A DNA stretch of 64,000 nt. It comes from Candidatus Levyibacteriota bacterium (GTDB taxonomy: Bacteria > Patescibacteriota > Microgenomatia > Levybacterales > UBA12049). Positions 1 through 9,610 of the stretch are shown here, piece by piece. The stretch's first letter is position 1; every line of letters begins with the position of its first letter. The translations under genes were made by a program, and so were the position numbers. The stretch is taken from contig JACQKQ010000012.1 in assembly GCA_016204465.1 (NCBI GenBank), forward strand, positions 16,769 to 80,768, written 5' to 3'. Below the pieces are notes generated by a model, which made no database searches, had not been told where the DNA came from, and saw only the letters and a program-made list of their open reading frames with translations.

Positions 1-2746
1 AGCTTCAATTGTGATGACGGTTCTACCGGTTATTCCACCGGATCTTCGTCCAATGGTACAGCTTGTAGGAGGCCGTTTTGCCACATCGGATCTTAATGAT
101 TTGTACCGCAGAATTATTAACAGAAACAATCGCTTGCGACACCTTATTTCCCTTGGCGCACCGGAAATTATCCTTCGCAACGAAAAGAGAATGCTCCAGG
201 AATCGGTAGATTCGCTTATTGATATTTCGCAGCGAAGCCAAGTTGTAGCTTCTCCGCTAAGATCGTTGTCTGACATGCTTCGTGGAAAGCAGGGACGCTT
301 CAGGCAGAATTTGCTTGGAAAACGTGTTGATTACTCCGGACGATCAGTTATTGTTGTTGGACCGCAGCTTAACCTTACGCAGTGCGGGTTGCCAAAAGAA
401 ATGGCTCTGGAGATGTTTAAGCCATTTGTCCTTCGCGAAGTTATTGTTCGTAATTTAGCGCCCAACATCAAAAGCGCAAAGCGATACATTGAGAAAAGGC
501 CGCCACAGGTATTTGATATTCTTGAAGAGATTACTAAAAATCATCCAGTGCTTTTAAACCGTGCCCCAACACTTCACAAACTTGGCATTCAAGCATTTTA
601 TCCGGTACTTATTGAGGGAGCAGCGATTCAATTACACCCTTGTGTCTGTGCCGGTTATAACGCAGACTTTGACGGCGACCAGATGGCGGTACATATTCCC
701 CTTTCAAAAGAAGCGCAGTCAGAAGCAATAAATCTTATGTTGCCAAGCCACAACTTGCTTAAACCAGCAGACGGAAGTCCAATCACACTTCCAAACCGAG
801 AAATGGCTGTTGGGGTGTTTTTCCTTACTACTATTGACGAGCGGTTGCGCAAAGATGAGGTTTCTACGTTTAAGGACACAGGAGAAGCAATGCTTGCCTA
901 CTTGCTTAATAAAGTTGCGCTTCGTTCCCCTATAAAGGTTCGCATTGACAACGGTGAGAAGAAAGAGATAGTAGAAACTACCATAGGCCGGATCATCTTC
1001 AACGAGCGCTTGCCAAAATCGCTTGGATTTGTTAACGAGGCGGTGAAAGCATCTGGAATTAACCGGCTCGTTACCCAAGCACTTGCAAAGTGTAGCGATT
1101 CGGAAGTTGCAACGTTAATTGACGATATCAAAAATCTTGGGTTTTATGCAGCAACTATTTCGGGCGTTTCTGTTTCAGTTTTTGACAATGAGATGGTAGC
1201 AGAGAAGGATCATCTTATTGAGGAAGCGGAGAAGAAGGTATCGGAAATCGAAGACGAATACCAGCAGGGGCTTATTACTACCGAAGAGCGAAAACGGTTG
1301 ACAAACGATGTGTGGCTTAAGACGACAGATACGATTGCAGATATGACATGGAATAATCTAAAAGTTGTTAATGTCATAAGGATGCTTATTGACTCCGAAG
1401 GAGTTAGGGCAGGAAAAGATCAGTTAAAGCAACTTTCTGCGATGCGAGGGCTTATACTTGACCCACTTGGTAAAATTGTTGAGCTACCGATTAAATCAAA
1501 TTTTAGAGAAGGATTATCTATTTTTGAATACGTTGCATCGGCTCGCGGTTCTCGAAAAGGGCTTACCGATTCGGCGTTAAAAACCGCAAACGCAGGCTAC
1601 CTGACAAGACGACTTGTTGATGTTTCGCACGACGTGATTATTGTCGAGCAAGATTGTGGAACAACAGAGGGTATTGTCATTAGCGCAGCAGATGAGAGAT
1701 TGACACCGTTTACTTCCCGACTTGTTGGTAGGACATCAGCACATAAAATTGTGTCCAAAAAGACGCGAAAGACGATTGTGAATGAGGGAGCGGAAATTAC
1801 CCCTGAAAAAGCCCTTGAGATTGGTAAAAGCGGGATAAGCGAGACGACAGTTCGTTCTCCTCTTTTTTGCAAACTCAAGTATGGGCTTTGCACAAAGTGC
1901 TACGGATGGGATTTTTCAACTAGACGCAAGGTGGACCTTGGCGTTCCAATTGGTGTTGTTGCAGCGCAATCTATTGGGGAGCCTGGCACACAACTGACAA
2001 TGCGTGTCAGGCACTTTGGAGGCGTTGTTATGTCCGATGTGACGCAAGGATTGCCTAGGGTCGAAGAGCTTTTTGAGATGCGAACACCCAAGAACTTCTC
2101 GCCAATCTCTGAAATTACCGGTAGAGTCGGTGTGGAACAAACAGATGATGGCTACGTTGTTAGCGTACGAAACGCCAGAATTAAGCCGGTTGAAGAGCGG
2201 GAGTACTTTGTGCCACTGGCGTCAGAGCTTTTGGTTGCCGATGGAGACGAAATTATTGCTGGTACAGCATTTGCCAGAGGGTATCTGGATCCAAAAGAGC
2301 TTCTTAAAGTTAGAGGACTTCCGTTTGCGCAAAGCTATATTATCTCCGAAGCGCAGCGCGTGTACGAATCGCAGGGTATCGCAATTAACGACAAACACTT
2401 CGAGGTGATTGTTCGGAAGATGTCTGACAAGGTCATTGTAGAAACAGTTGGTAACACTTCCTTTATCCCAGGAGACTTTATTACAAAGCCAAAATTTGAG
2501 GAGATTAACGCCGAAATGCTTGCTCAAGGCGCAGAGCCTGCAACAGGACGGCGAATTATATTGGGTATCACAAAAGCAGCCCTCTTTTCTGACTCGTGGC
2601 TTTCGGCAGCATCGTTCCAGGAAACGACAAAGGTGCTTACCGAAGCAGCGCTTGAAGGAAAAGAAGATAAGCTCATTGGGCTTAAGGAGAATGTTATTAT
2701 TGGCCGCCTCATTCCTGTTGAAGGAAAGCCCCAAAATGAGGTATAA
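1..2746 (+). CDS. rpoC: DNA-directed RNA polymerase subunit beta' (C-terminal ~910 aa; 5' end outside window)
   Basis: ORF 11..2746 is open to the window edge. It contains the catalytic [12 protein letters not shown] motif and is followed by rpsL-rpsG. Confidence 0.95.
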   Translation, partial: ASIVMTVLPVIPPDLRPMVQLVGGRFATSDLNDLYRRIINRNNRLRHLISLGAPEIILRNEKRMLQESVDSLIDISQRSQVVASPLRSLSDMLRGKQGRFRQNLLGKRVDYSGRSVIVVGPQLNLTQCGLPKEMALEMFKPFVLREVIVRNLAPNIKSAKRYIEKRPPQVFDILEEITKNHPVLLNRAPTLHKLGIQAFYPVLIEGAAIQLHPCVCAGYNADFDGDQMAVHIPLSKEAQSEAINLMLPSHNLLKPADGSPITLPNREMAVGVFFLTTIDERLRKDEVSTFKDTGEAMLAYLLNKVALRSPIKVRIDNGEKKEIVETTIGRIIFNERLPKSLGFVNEAVKASGINRLVTQALAKCSDSEVATLIDDIKNLGFYAATISGVSVSVFDNEMVAEKDHLIEEAEKKVSEIEDEYQQGLITTEERKRLTNDVWLKTTDTIADMTWNNLKVVNVIRMLIDSEGVRAGKDQLKQLSAMRGLILDPLGKIVELPIKSNFREGLSIFEYVASARGSRKGLTDSALKTANAGYLTRRLVDVSHDVIIVEQDCGTTEGIVISAADERLTPFTSRLVGRTSAHKIVSKKTRKTIVNEGAEITPEKALEIGKSGISETTVRSPLFCKLKYGLCTKCYGWDFSTRRKVDLGVPIGVVAAQSIGEPGTQLTMRVRHFGGVVMSDVTQGLPRVEELFEMRTPKNFSPISEITGRVGVEQTDDGYVVSVRNARIKPVEEREYFVPLASELLVADGDEIIAGTAFARGYLDPKELLKVRGLPFAQSYIISEAQRVYESQGIAINDKHFEVIVRKMSDKVIVETVGNTSFIPGDFITKPKFEEINAEMLAQGAEPATGRRIILGITKAALFSDSWLSAASFQETTKVLTEAALEGKEDKLIGLKENVIIGRLIPVEGKPQNEV

Positions 2747-2754
2747 TACCAAAT

Positions 2755-2799
2755 GCAAAATTCAAAAATTAAAATTCAAAAATTATTTTTGCTTTTTGC
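2755..2799 (+). repeat. AT-rich leader repeats upstream of rpsL (14-nt unit AAAATTCAAAAATT x2, then TTTTTGC x2)
   Basis: Perfect tandem duplication at 2757-2770 and 2771-2784. TTTTTGC occurs at 2786-2792 and 2793-2799 and is complementary to GCAAAA at 2755-2760. Confidence 0.8.
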
Positions 2800-2823
2800 T
2801 GTTTAATATTTAATTTTTCTATT

Positions 2824-3294
2824 ATGCCGACTTTGTCACAACTTGCAAAAAGAGGAAGAAAGAAAAAAATCAAGAAAAGTAGGTCAACTGGTTTGCGTCG
2901 TATATATAATGCGCGTGAGAGAAGCTATAAAACACATCTCTCACCACAAAAGCGTGGAGTTGTTACTTTGGTTAAGACAATGACCCCAAGAAAACCAAAC
3001 TCAGCCCTTCGAAAAGTTGCTCGGGTTAAGCTTTCCAATCGGACTGAAGTCACCGCATACATCCAAGGTATTGGTCACTCGCTTGCAGAGCACGGTATTG
3101 TTTTGGTCCGCGGCGGTAGGGTGAAAGATCTTCCCGGTGTAAAATACCACATTGTACGGGGAAAGTTTGATTTAATGGGCGTAGAGTCCAGGCGTACTTC
3201 TCGAAGCAAATATGGCACGAAGAAAGGAGAAAAAGGCGCGCGGGTAATAACTGGTGCAACTCCCAAATCGGCAGAGGCTCAACCTAGCGTTTAG
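2824..3294 (+). CDS. rpsL: 30S ribosomal protein S12 (with C-terminal extension)
   Basis: MPTLSQL...PQKRGV...[17 protein letters not shown]...[17 protein letters not shown] is the canonical S12 core. About 18 extra C-terminal residues. Confidence 0.95.
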   Translation: MPTLSQLAKRGRKKKIKKSRSTGLRRIYNARERSYKTHLSPQKRGVVTLVKTMTPRKPNSALRKVARVKLSNRTEVTAYIQGIGHSLAEHGIVLVRGGRVKDLPGVKYHIVRGKFDLMGVESRRTSRSKYGTKKGEKGARVITGATPKSAEAQPSV

Positions 3295-3302
3295 TTTCAA
3301 AT

Positions 3303-3776
3303 ATGAGACACAAGAAAGTATCGGCACGAATTGTTGCTTTAGATAAGGTTTACAATAACCGTTTGGTTACAAAGTTTATTAACCGACTCATGCGAGACGG
3401 GAAAAAATCAGCTGCGCAGAGCGTTTTTTACGGTGCCTTTGCTATTTTAGATCAAAAACAGCAAAAACCTTTGGAGGTTTTTGAAAAAGCTGTGCAAAAC
3501 GTTGGACCAAAAACAGAGGTGAAGGCGCGGCGTGTGGGCGGTGCGTCGTACCAGGTGCCACAAGAAGTCCGTGCAGACAGACGAGTATCTTTGGCAATTC
3601 GATGGATTATTCAAGCCGCACGGGATCGTTCAAGCAAAGAATATCACACGTTTGCCGAGAAATTATCTGCAGAGTTCTTGGATGCAAGTCAAAACCAGGG
3701 AGCAGCTATTAAAAAGCGCGACACCGTGCATCGAATGGCAGAAGCCAATAGGGCATTTTCTCACTTCCGTTGGTAA
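3303..3776 (+). CDS. rpsG: 30S ribosomal protein S7
   Basis: 157 aa with GGASYQVPQEVR and NRAFSHFRW, S7 hallmarks. Lies immediately after rpsL. Confidence 0.95.
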   Translation: MRHKKVSARIVALDKVYNNRLVTKFINRLMRDGKKSAAQSVFYGAFAILDQKQQKPLEVFEKAVQNVGPKTEVKARRVGGASYQVPQEVRADRRVSLAIRWIIQAARDRSSKEYHTFAEKLSAEFLDASQNQGAAIKKRDTVHRMAEANRAFSHFRW

Positions 3777-3792
3777 ACGATTTTTGAGAACT

Positions 3793-4392
3793 CTACTTAA
3801 CCGTAATCCCTAAGATTTTGTCGCTGATTTCGATTGTATCCACCACGTCTATGCCTTTCTTCACTATACCAAAATTAGTGTATTGACCATTGAGCCAGGA
3901 AGCTTCCTTTTTGGTAATAAAAAACTGCGCGTCATTGGAAATTTTTATATCTTGTCCTCGCGCGACGCCTAATGAACCGACAATAAACGGTTTGTTGTTC
4001 AGCTCCGTTGCCATATCGCCGCCTCCCGTGCCATTGCCTTTTGGATCGCCGCCTTGCACCACCCAATCTTCAACGCGATGGAATGTTAAATCATCATAAA
4101 ATCCACTCTCGGCTTTTTTAATAAAGTTTGCCACAGTTTTTGGCGCAACGTCGGGGTAGAGGGTGAGTGTAATATCGCCTTTGCTTGTTTTAATGGTTGC
4201 TTCTTGTGTTGCAATTGTTTCTTTCATAACGAGTTCTTCATCTGGTGAAAGCTGCGGAGTTACCACTGGCGTAATGATTACTGCCGGTGTTGGCGATACT
4301 GCCTTTTGCGGCGCTTGTTGGGTGTTTACGACAACGACTGCCCCTAAGACCCCAAACGCAACAAAAATTGTAAACAACGCTAATTTTATCAT
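3793..4392 (-). CDS. Cyclophilin-type peptidyl-prolyl cis-trans isomerase with N-terminal membrane anchor/signal
   Basis: FHRVEDWVVQGGDPKGNGTGGG and FFITKK are cyclophilin motifs. Hydrophobic N-terminus. Confidence 0.85.
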   Translation of the reverse strand: MIKLALFTIFVAFGVLGAVVVVNTQQAPQKAVSPTPAVIITPVVTPQLSPDEELVMKETIATQEATIKTSKGDITLTLYPDVAPKTVANFIKKAESGFYDDLTFHRVEDWVVQGGDPKGNGTGGGDMATELNNKPFIVGSLGVARGQDIKISNDAQFFITKKEASWLNGQYTNFGIVKKGIDVVDTIEISDKILGITVK

Positions 4393-4451
4393 AAAAGCTA
4401 TTTTGTCAAGTTTTGCTTGGTTTTGTCAAGCCTTTCTGCTAGGATTGCACC

Positions 4452-4871
4452 ATGGATAGGAAAAATCAGATTCTTAATTTTCTAAAGAAGCATAACATTA
4501 TGGTTCTCGCAACCGCAAATAAAGAAAATAATCCAGAAGCTGCCGTACTTGAGTATGGCATAACGGATGATCTTGAAATTATTTTTGATACATTCATAGA
4601 TTCACGAAAATACAGAAATATACAATATAACAATAACGTGTCACTTGTTATTGGTTGGGATGAGGATGTCACTGTGCAGTATGAAGGACAAGCATTTGAG
4701 TTAAAGGGTAGTGATCAGGGAAAATATAAACGAACCTACTTTCGCCAAAATCCAAGGGCAAAGAAGTGGGAGAAGAAAGAAGGTATTTCCTATTTCAAAG
4801 TGACGCCAAAATGGATTCGATACTCCGATCTCACAAAAAGCCCTTGGGAGGTATTCGAGATAACGTTATAA
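4452..4871 (+). CDS. Pyridoxamine 5'-phosphate oxidase-like FMN-binding (split-barrel) family protein
   Basis: 139 aa. The N-terminal pattern MVLATANKENNPEAAVLEY...IFDT is typical of the PNPOx-like family. Recalled by eye only. Confidence 0.5.
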   Translation: MDRKNQILNFLKKHNIMVLATANKENNPEAAVLEYGITDDLEIIFDTFIDSRKYRNIQYNNNVSLVIGWDEDVTVQYEGQAFELKGSDQGKYKRTYFRQNPRAKKWEKKEGISYFKVTPKWIRYSDLTKSPWEVFEITL

Positions 4872-4906
4872 AAAAACCCGAGGTGTCTACGATGTACACC
4901 CCTGGT
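4870..4906 (-). terminator. Intrinsic terminator for the minus-strand transcript of 5015..5278
   Basis: The minus-strand RNA reads CCAGGGGTGT-ACATCGTAG-ACACCTCGGG followed by a run of 7 U. The plus strand has no U tract. Confidence 0.6.
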
Positions 4907-5014
4907 GTGGAATAGCTAGACACGTAAGGATTACAGGGTTTTGGAAAACCAGTCGGCCATCAAATCCGTATATTCTTTATTCCACTTTTAGTTGCGAGGG
5001 CGTGATTAGCGCAT

Positions 5015-5278
5015 CTAAACGTCGCCGTTTTCTTTTATTTTTGTATCTTCGTACGGGCCGACAACTCTGCGATAGAGCTCGTGCGTAATTGCAGTCAGGA
5101 CGCCAAGCGCGCGGTTGTAATGGAAATATTTTTGCGGATACAGCTGCTTAATGATTTTTGTGACAATGTAGTTGAGCGAGCCGTCTTGCTCTTCGGTAGG
5201 CAATTTCTTTAGATGGCTAATAAGCGGCTCAAGTAAACTATCAATTTGCGGACGTTGTTCATTCTTAATATATGGCAT
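5015..5278 (-). CDS. Small conserved hypothetical protein (87 aa)
   Basis: Clean ORF ending ...YRRVVGPYEDTKIKENGDV. I have seen this C-terminal pattern in small phage/CPR proteins but cannot name the family. Confidence 0.5.
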   Translation of the reverse strand: MPYIKNEQRPQIDSLLEPLISHLKKLPTEEQDGSLNYIVTKIIKQLYPQKYFHYNRALGVLTAITHELYRRVVGPYEDTKIKENGDV

Positions 5279-5317
5279 AAAACGTATTATACACCTCTTT
5301 TATCTGTAAAGAAAATA

Positions 5318-5326
5318 TGGTATACT
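5318..5326 (+). promoter_or_regulatory. Putative extended -10 promoter (TGgTATACT) for fusA
   Basis: TG at 5318-5319 and TATACT at 5321-5326. Same architecture as the infA promoter. Confidence 0.4.
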
Positions 5327-5335
5327 TAACACGAT

Positions 5336-5441
5336 CTCAAAGCTCAAAGCGAAAAGCGCAAAGCTACAGAAATTTACCCACAAGTTTTTAGTTTTTAGCT
5401 GTAATTTTGAGTTTTACCTTTTGAGTTTTGATTTTTTGTAT
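5336..5441 (+). promoter_or_regulatory. Imperfect-palindrome leader of fusA (homologous to the infA leader)
   Basis: The left arm CTCAAAGCTCAAAGCGAAAAGCGCAAAGCTACAG is complementary to the right arm CTGTAATTTTGAGTTTTACCTTTTGAGTTTTG. The element ends in TTTTTTGTAT immediately before the ATG. Confidence 0.65.
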
Positions 5442-7592
5442 ATGGTAGTTGCAACAACACAAACCCGAAAAGTACCACTCGATCACATCAGAAACATTGG
5501 CATTATTGCCCATATTGATGCTGGGAAAACCACGACAACCGAGCGTATCCTCTTTTACACCGGCAGAACCTACAAGATTGGTGACATTGACGAAGGCACA
5601 ACGGTTATGGACTGGATGGAAGAAGAACGAAAGCGCGGCATTACGATTGTGTCTGCTGCAACCACCGCATTCTGGATCCACACAAAAGACAAAGATACTG
5701 GGAAAGACGACCCCTACAGAATTAACATTATTGATACCCCAGGCCACGTAGATTTTACCGCAGAGGTTGAGCGTTCGCTTCGAGTTTTGGACGGAGGCAT
5801 CACGGTTTTGGATGCCGAGGAGGGCGTACAGTCACAATCCGAGACAGTGTGGCGCCAGGCAGACAAGTACAAAGTGCCGCGTATTTGTTTTATTAACAAA
5901 ATGGATAAATTAGGCGCAGACTTTTTGGCAACGATTAAAAGCATCGAAGATCGCTTAGGCGCAAACACGGCAATTATGGTGTTGCCCATTGGGTTTGAAG
6001 CATCGTTTAAGGGTGTTGTTGATCTTCTCAATAGAAAAGCATACGTGTGGGGTTCAGACGAGCTTGGCGCAAAGTACGACGTATCAGACGAAATTCCAGC
6101 AGACATGAAAACGCAGGTTGAGGAGTATAGACACAAACTTGTCGAAAAGATTGCCGAAACTGATGACAAGCTCATCGAAAAGTATCTTAACAATCAAGAA
6201 ATTTCAGTTGAAGAATTAAAGGCAGCGCTTCGCCGGGCTGTCATTGCCTACAAACTCGTGCCAATTTACGCCGGATCATCACTTCGCAATAAGGGAGTGC
6301 AACCCCTCCTCGATGCAGTTGTTGACTACCTTCCATCCCCGCCCGATCTTAAGGAAACAAAAGGTATTCATCCAAAAACAGGGCAAGAGGAAGTTCGGCA
6401 GCTGACACCAGAAGAATCTTTGAGTGGCCTTGCATTTAAGATTCAAAACGACCCGCATGTTGGAAAGCTTACCTACTTTCGCGTGTACTCGGGGAAAATT
6501 TCAGCCGGATCTTATGTATACAACAGTACCAAAAATATACAGGAGCGTGTTGGTAGACTTCTTTTAATGCACTCCAATCAGCGTGAAGAAATAAAAGTTG
6601 CAGAAGCTGGAGAAATTGTCGCAATTGTTGGGCTTAAGGATACGGGCACAGGAGATACGCTTTGCGACCAGGCAAAGCCGATAGTTCTTGAGAAAATTTC
6701 CTTCCCAGAACCGGTTATTTCCTTGGCAATTGAGCCAAAGACAAAATCCGACCAAGAAAAACTTGGGTATGCATTAAAACGGCTTATGGAAGAAGATCCA
6801 ACCTTCCAGGTTAAGACAAACCACGAGACAGGGCAGACGATTATTTCCGGTGTTGGCGAATTGCAGCTTGAGGTAAAGGTGCACCAGATGAAAAGCGACT
6901 TTGGCGTTGATGCAAACGTTGGCGCGCCGCAGGTTGCGTACAAAGAAACAATTAACCAAAAAGCGCAAGCAGAGGGAAAATACATTCGCCAATCCGGAGG
7001 ACGAGGCCAGTACGGGCACTGTTTTTTGCGCGTTGAGCCAAAGCCACGGGGCGAGGGATATGAATTTGTTGATGCAATTAAAGGTGGTGCAATTCCGGCA
7101 GAATTTGTCAAGGCAGTTGAAAAGGGTGTAGTTGATACTATGGAAAATGGTATTCTGCTTGGCTACCCATTGGTTGACATGACGGTTACCTGTTACGATG
7201 GGTCCTACCACGATGTTGACTCCTCTGAAATTGCTTTCAAAATTGCAGCATCGCAAGCGCTCCAGGCTGCTACAAAAAAAGCAAATCTTACCCTTCTTGA
7301 ACCAATCATGAAGGTGGAGGTTACGACTCCTTCTGAATTTATGGGAGACGTCATTGGCGATTTGTCTGCAAAACGGGCGCAGATTTTGGGAACAGAAGAA
7401 CGACACAAAGCAACCATTATTTTGGCCATGGTGCCGCTCGCCGAACTTTCCGGCTACGCAACCACTTTGCGCAGCATGACGCAAGGGCGAGCCAGCTACT
7501 ACATGGAGCCGTCCCACTACGAAGAAGTGCCCAAAAACATCCAAGAACAATTGCTTGCAAAATCAACATTTACTGGTCGAGTTTCTGCCTAA
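5442..7592 (+). CDS. fusA: Translation elongation factor G
   Basis: [18 protein letters not shown] and DTPGHVDF G-domain motifs, with full-length EF-G architecture. ATG 5442 is preferred over the TTG at 5421. Confidence 0.95.
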   Translation: MVVATTQTRKVPLDHIRNIGIIAHIDAGKTTTTERILFYTGRTYKIGDIDEGTTVMDWMEEERKRGITIVSAATTAFWIHTKDKDTGKDDPYRINIIDTPGHVDFTAEVERSLRVLDGGITVLDAEEGVQSQSETVWRQADKYKVPRICFINKMDKLGADFLATIKSIEDRLGANTAIMVLPIGFEASFKGVVDLLNRKAYVWGSDELGAKYDVSDEIPADMKTQVEEYRHKLVEKIAETDDKLIEKYLNNQEISVEELKAALRRAVIAYKLVPIYAGSSLRNKGVQPLLDAVVDYLPSPPDLKETKGIHPKTGQEEVRQLTPEESLSGLAFKIQNDPHVGKLTYFRVYSGKISAGSYVYNSTKNIQERVGRLLLMHSNQREEIKVAEAGEIVAIVGLKDTGTGDTLCDQAKPIVLEKISFPEPVISLAIEPKTKSDQEKLGYALKRLMEEDPTFQVKTNHETGQTIISGVGELQLEVKVHQMKSDFGVDANVGAPQVAYKETINQKAQAEGKYIRQSGGRGQYGHCFLRVEPKPRGEGYEFVDAIKGGAIPAEFVKAVEKGVVDTMENGILLGYPLVDMTVTCYDGSYHDVDSSEIAFKIAASQALQAATKKANLTLLEPIMKVEVTTPSEFMGDVIGDLSAKRAQILGTEERHKATIILAMVPLAELSGYATTLRSMTQGRASYYMEPSHYEEVPKNIQEQLLAKSTFTGRVSA

Positions 7593-7601
7593 ACATTTTA
7601 T

Positions 7602-8231
7602 ATGGGAGATATACGAGAGGCAGGGAGGAAAGCTCCTGTTAACCATGATGATGAAGGGGATGCTGGTATTATTCGTCCACGAGAGCCTCAATTAACTTCT
7701 ATTTATTGGGAAACAATTTTTGGTCCTAACTGGCAGCAAGATGTTCAGGATATATTTAGACAAGGAATACTATGGTCTGATGTACTGCAATTCCGTGCAG
7801 AACCAGCACGACACATATATCCAGGCGTAAAAGCACCTGATACGTATTATTTTGTGGAGCAATTTGGCGGGCCAACGGGGGAGGATAAAATACATGTCTC
7901 GGCGATGACTCCTGGTGGTCAAAGTTCAAGACACCGCCACGAGCATTATGAAGGAAGAGAGGCGTATTATTTGGTAAGAGGTAAGGCTGTTCTTCTGCTT
8001 GGAGACGATGATGGGCTTAAGGTTGAGCCGTTGTCTGAAGGGGTATTTACAATGGTATACCCAAACACATGGCATCAAGTTCGAACGATAAAAAATCATG
8101 CATTATTAATTGTTATTAATTACAATGCAAGGGACGTAGAGCTTCTTCATAGTCTTCACCTAAATCAGCTTCGTGACTGGATGCTTCTTGAAGAGAAACC
8201 ACTACATCAAAACCCGTCGAGTAATCAGTGA
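7602..8231 (+). CDS. Cupin-domain protein
   Basis: SSRHRHEHYEGREAYYLVRG ... TWHQV resembles the two-motif cupin signature. Confidence 0.55.
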   Translation: MGDIREAGRKAPVNHDDEGDAGIIRPREPQLTSIYWETIFGPNWQQDVQDIFRQGILWSDVLQFRAEPARHIYPGVKAPDTYYFVEQFGGPTGEDKIHVSAMTPGGQSSRHRHEHYEGREAYYLVRGKAVLLLGDDDGLKVEPLSEGVFTMVYPNTWHQVRTIKNHALLIVINYNARDVELLHSLHLNQLRDWMLLEEKPLHQNPSSNQ

Positions 8232-8861
8232 GCAGCTAATAACCGCAATATCAATTCCAATTGGCAATAAGAGAAATAGATTGAGATTTTTGATTTGCTC
8301 ACTAATATCGATATTGAGAGTAATTGCCGGCGGAGAGAAACTAATACCCATAAGAAAACCTATTAAAAGAATTATACCGATGGTTGCAAAAAGTTCGAGG
8401 GCTCCTTCCATATCTTTTCTGCTTGAATACATCGTATTACCGATGACAAAGAGGATATAGCCAAAGAGGATTTGCTTCCACAATGTGTTCACGATTTGCA
8501 TTTCCAAAACAAGAAACGATCCCGCAATCAGCATAATACCAGCAATAATTGGCGCAGCGCCAATGAAAAAGCGGCGGATAGGATCGGTTTTGGCAATCGC
8601 AACGCTGCCAAGTTTTACTTCGTTTCCGTTCATTACCGGTAAAAACTCAATCTCGCCAGTTTTCACCAACAATAAATTTGCGACAATAAGGTGCGCGAGT
8701 TCATGCACCACTACTCCTGGAAAAAAGAGAATGGCCAAAATGGTAATTGTCAGCTTTTTGTTTTTCGTAATGCGATAGAGCATTTTTGATAGTTCGCGCG
8801 TGAGAAGAATTGAGAGGAAAAAGAGGAGTATAAGTTCAACAAAGACTAAAACGTATGCCAT
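8202..8861 (-). CDS. Polytopic membrane protein with HExxH zinc-metalloprotease motif
   Basis: Several hydrophobic helices and VVHELAHLIV. Family (M50-like or DUF3267-like) not resolved. Its 3' end overlaps the cupin gene by 30 nt. Confidence 0.55.
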   Translation of the reverse strand: MAYVLVFVELILLFFLSILLTRELSKMLYRITKNKKLTITILAILFFPGVVVHELAHLIVANLLLVKTGEIEFLPVMNGNEVKLGSVAIAKTDPIRRFFIGAAPIIAGIMLIAGSFLVLEMQIVNTLWKQILFGYILFVIGNTMYSSRKDMEGALELFATIGIILLIGFLMGISFSPPAITLNIDISEQIKNLNLFLLLPIGIDIAVISCSLITRRVLM

Positions 8862-8923
8862 AGAACAATCATACCATGGAGCTACAAAACTCTAACAAAG
8901 AAATATGGTAAAATGCAAAAACC

Positions 8924-9610
8924 ATGAAAACGATTGTTTGTATTTTTGCCCATCCGGATGATGAGGCGTTTGGGCCGGCAGGAACGATTGCCAAGCTGGC
9001 TAAAGAAAATGATGTATACATCCTTTGTGCGACAAAAGGAGAAGCAGGATTACAAAATAAAAAATTAGAAATTAAAAATCAAAATGACAAAGCAAAAATA
9101 AAAAAATTAGGAGAGATACGGGCAGATGAACTCCGTCAATCAGCAAAAGTACTCGGTGTGAAGGGTGTTTACTTTTTGGGATTTGAAGACGGAACGCTTT
9201 GTAATAACCTCTACCATAAGCTTACGGCAAAGATCAAAAGAAAGTTACTGCAGCTCAAACCGGAAATCATTCTCACATTTGAACCAAAAGGCATCTCCGG
9301 ACACATAGACCATATTACGGTTTCGATGGTTGCCTCGTTTTTGTTTTACAAGCTCTTATTTATCAAAGAGATGTGGCAGCATTGTTTGCTTAAAGAGTAC
9401 CAATACATGGTAGGGCAAAATTACTTTATCTACTTTCCGCCAGGGTACGATAGATCAGACGTTGACAAAACAATTGATGTTTCGGATGTATGGGAAACAA
9501 AGGTTGCGGCAATGTATTGCCATAAAACCCAACTAAAAGATATAAAGCGCATCTTGCGCTCGTACGCAAAACGGCCAAAAGAGGAAAACTTTCTTGTTGT
9601 CACGAAATGA
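8924..9610 (+). CDS. PIG-L / LmbE family deacetylase
   Basis: IFAHPDDEAFGPAG and GHIDHI motifs. Carries a heptamer-repeat-encoded Lys/Asn-rich insert (9060-9108). Confidence 0.8.
   Translation: MKTIVCIFAHPDDEAFGPAGTIAKLAKENDVYILCATKGEAGLQNKKLEIKNQNDKAKIKKLGEIRADELRQSAKVLGVKGVYFLGFEDGTLCNNLYHKLTAKIKRKLLQLKPEIILTFEPKGISGHIDHITVSMVASFLFYKLLFIKEMWQHCLLKEYQYMVGQNYFIYFPPGYDRSDVDKTIDVSDVWETKVAAMYCHKTQLKDIKRILRSYAKRPKEENFLVVTK

Noticed and set aside
6774-7550. Long antisense ORFs inside conserved genes (for example 258 aa antisense to fusA, 178 aa antisense to rpoC, 190 aa antisense to recA, 170 aa antisense to rpsE)
   Set aside because: These are shadow ORFs opposite highly conserved, confidently identified genes, with no independent signals.
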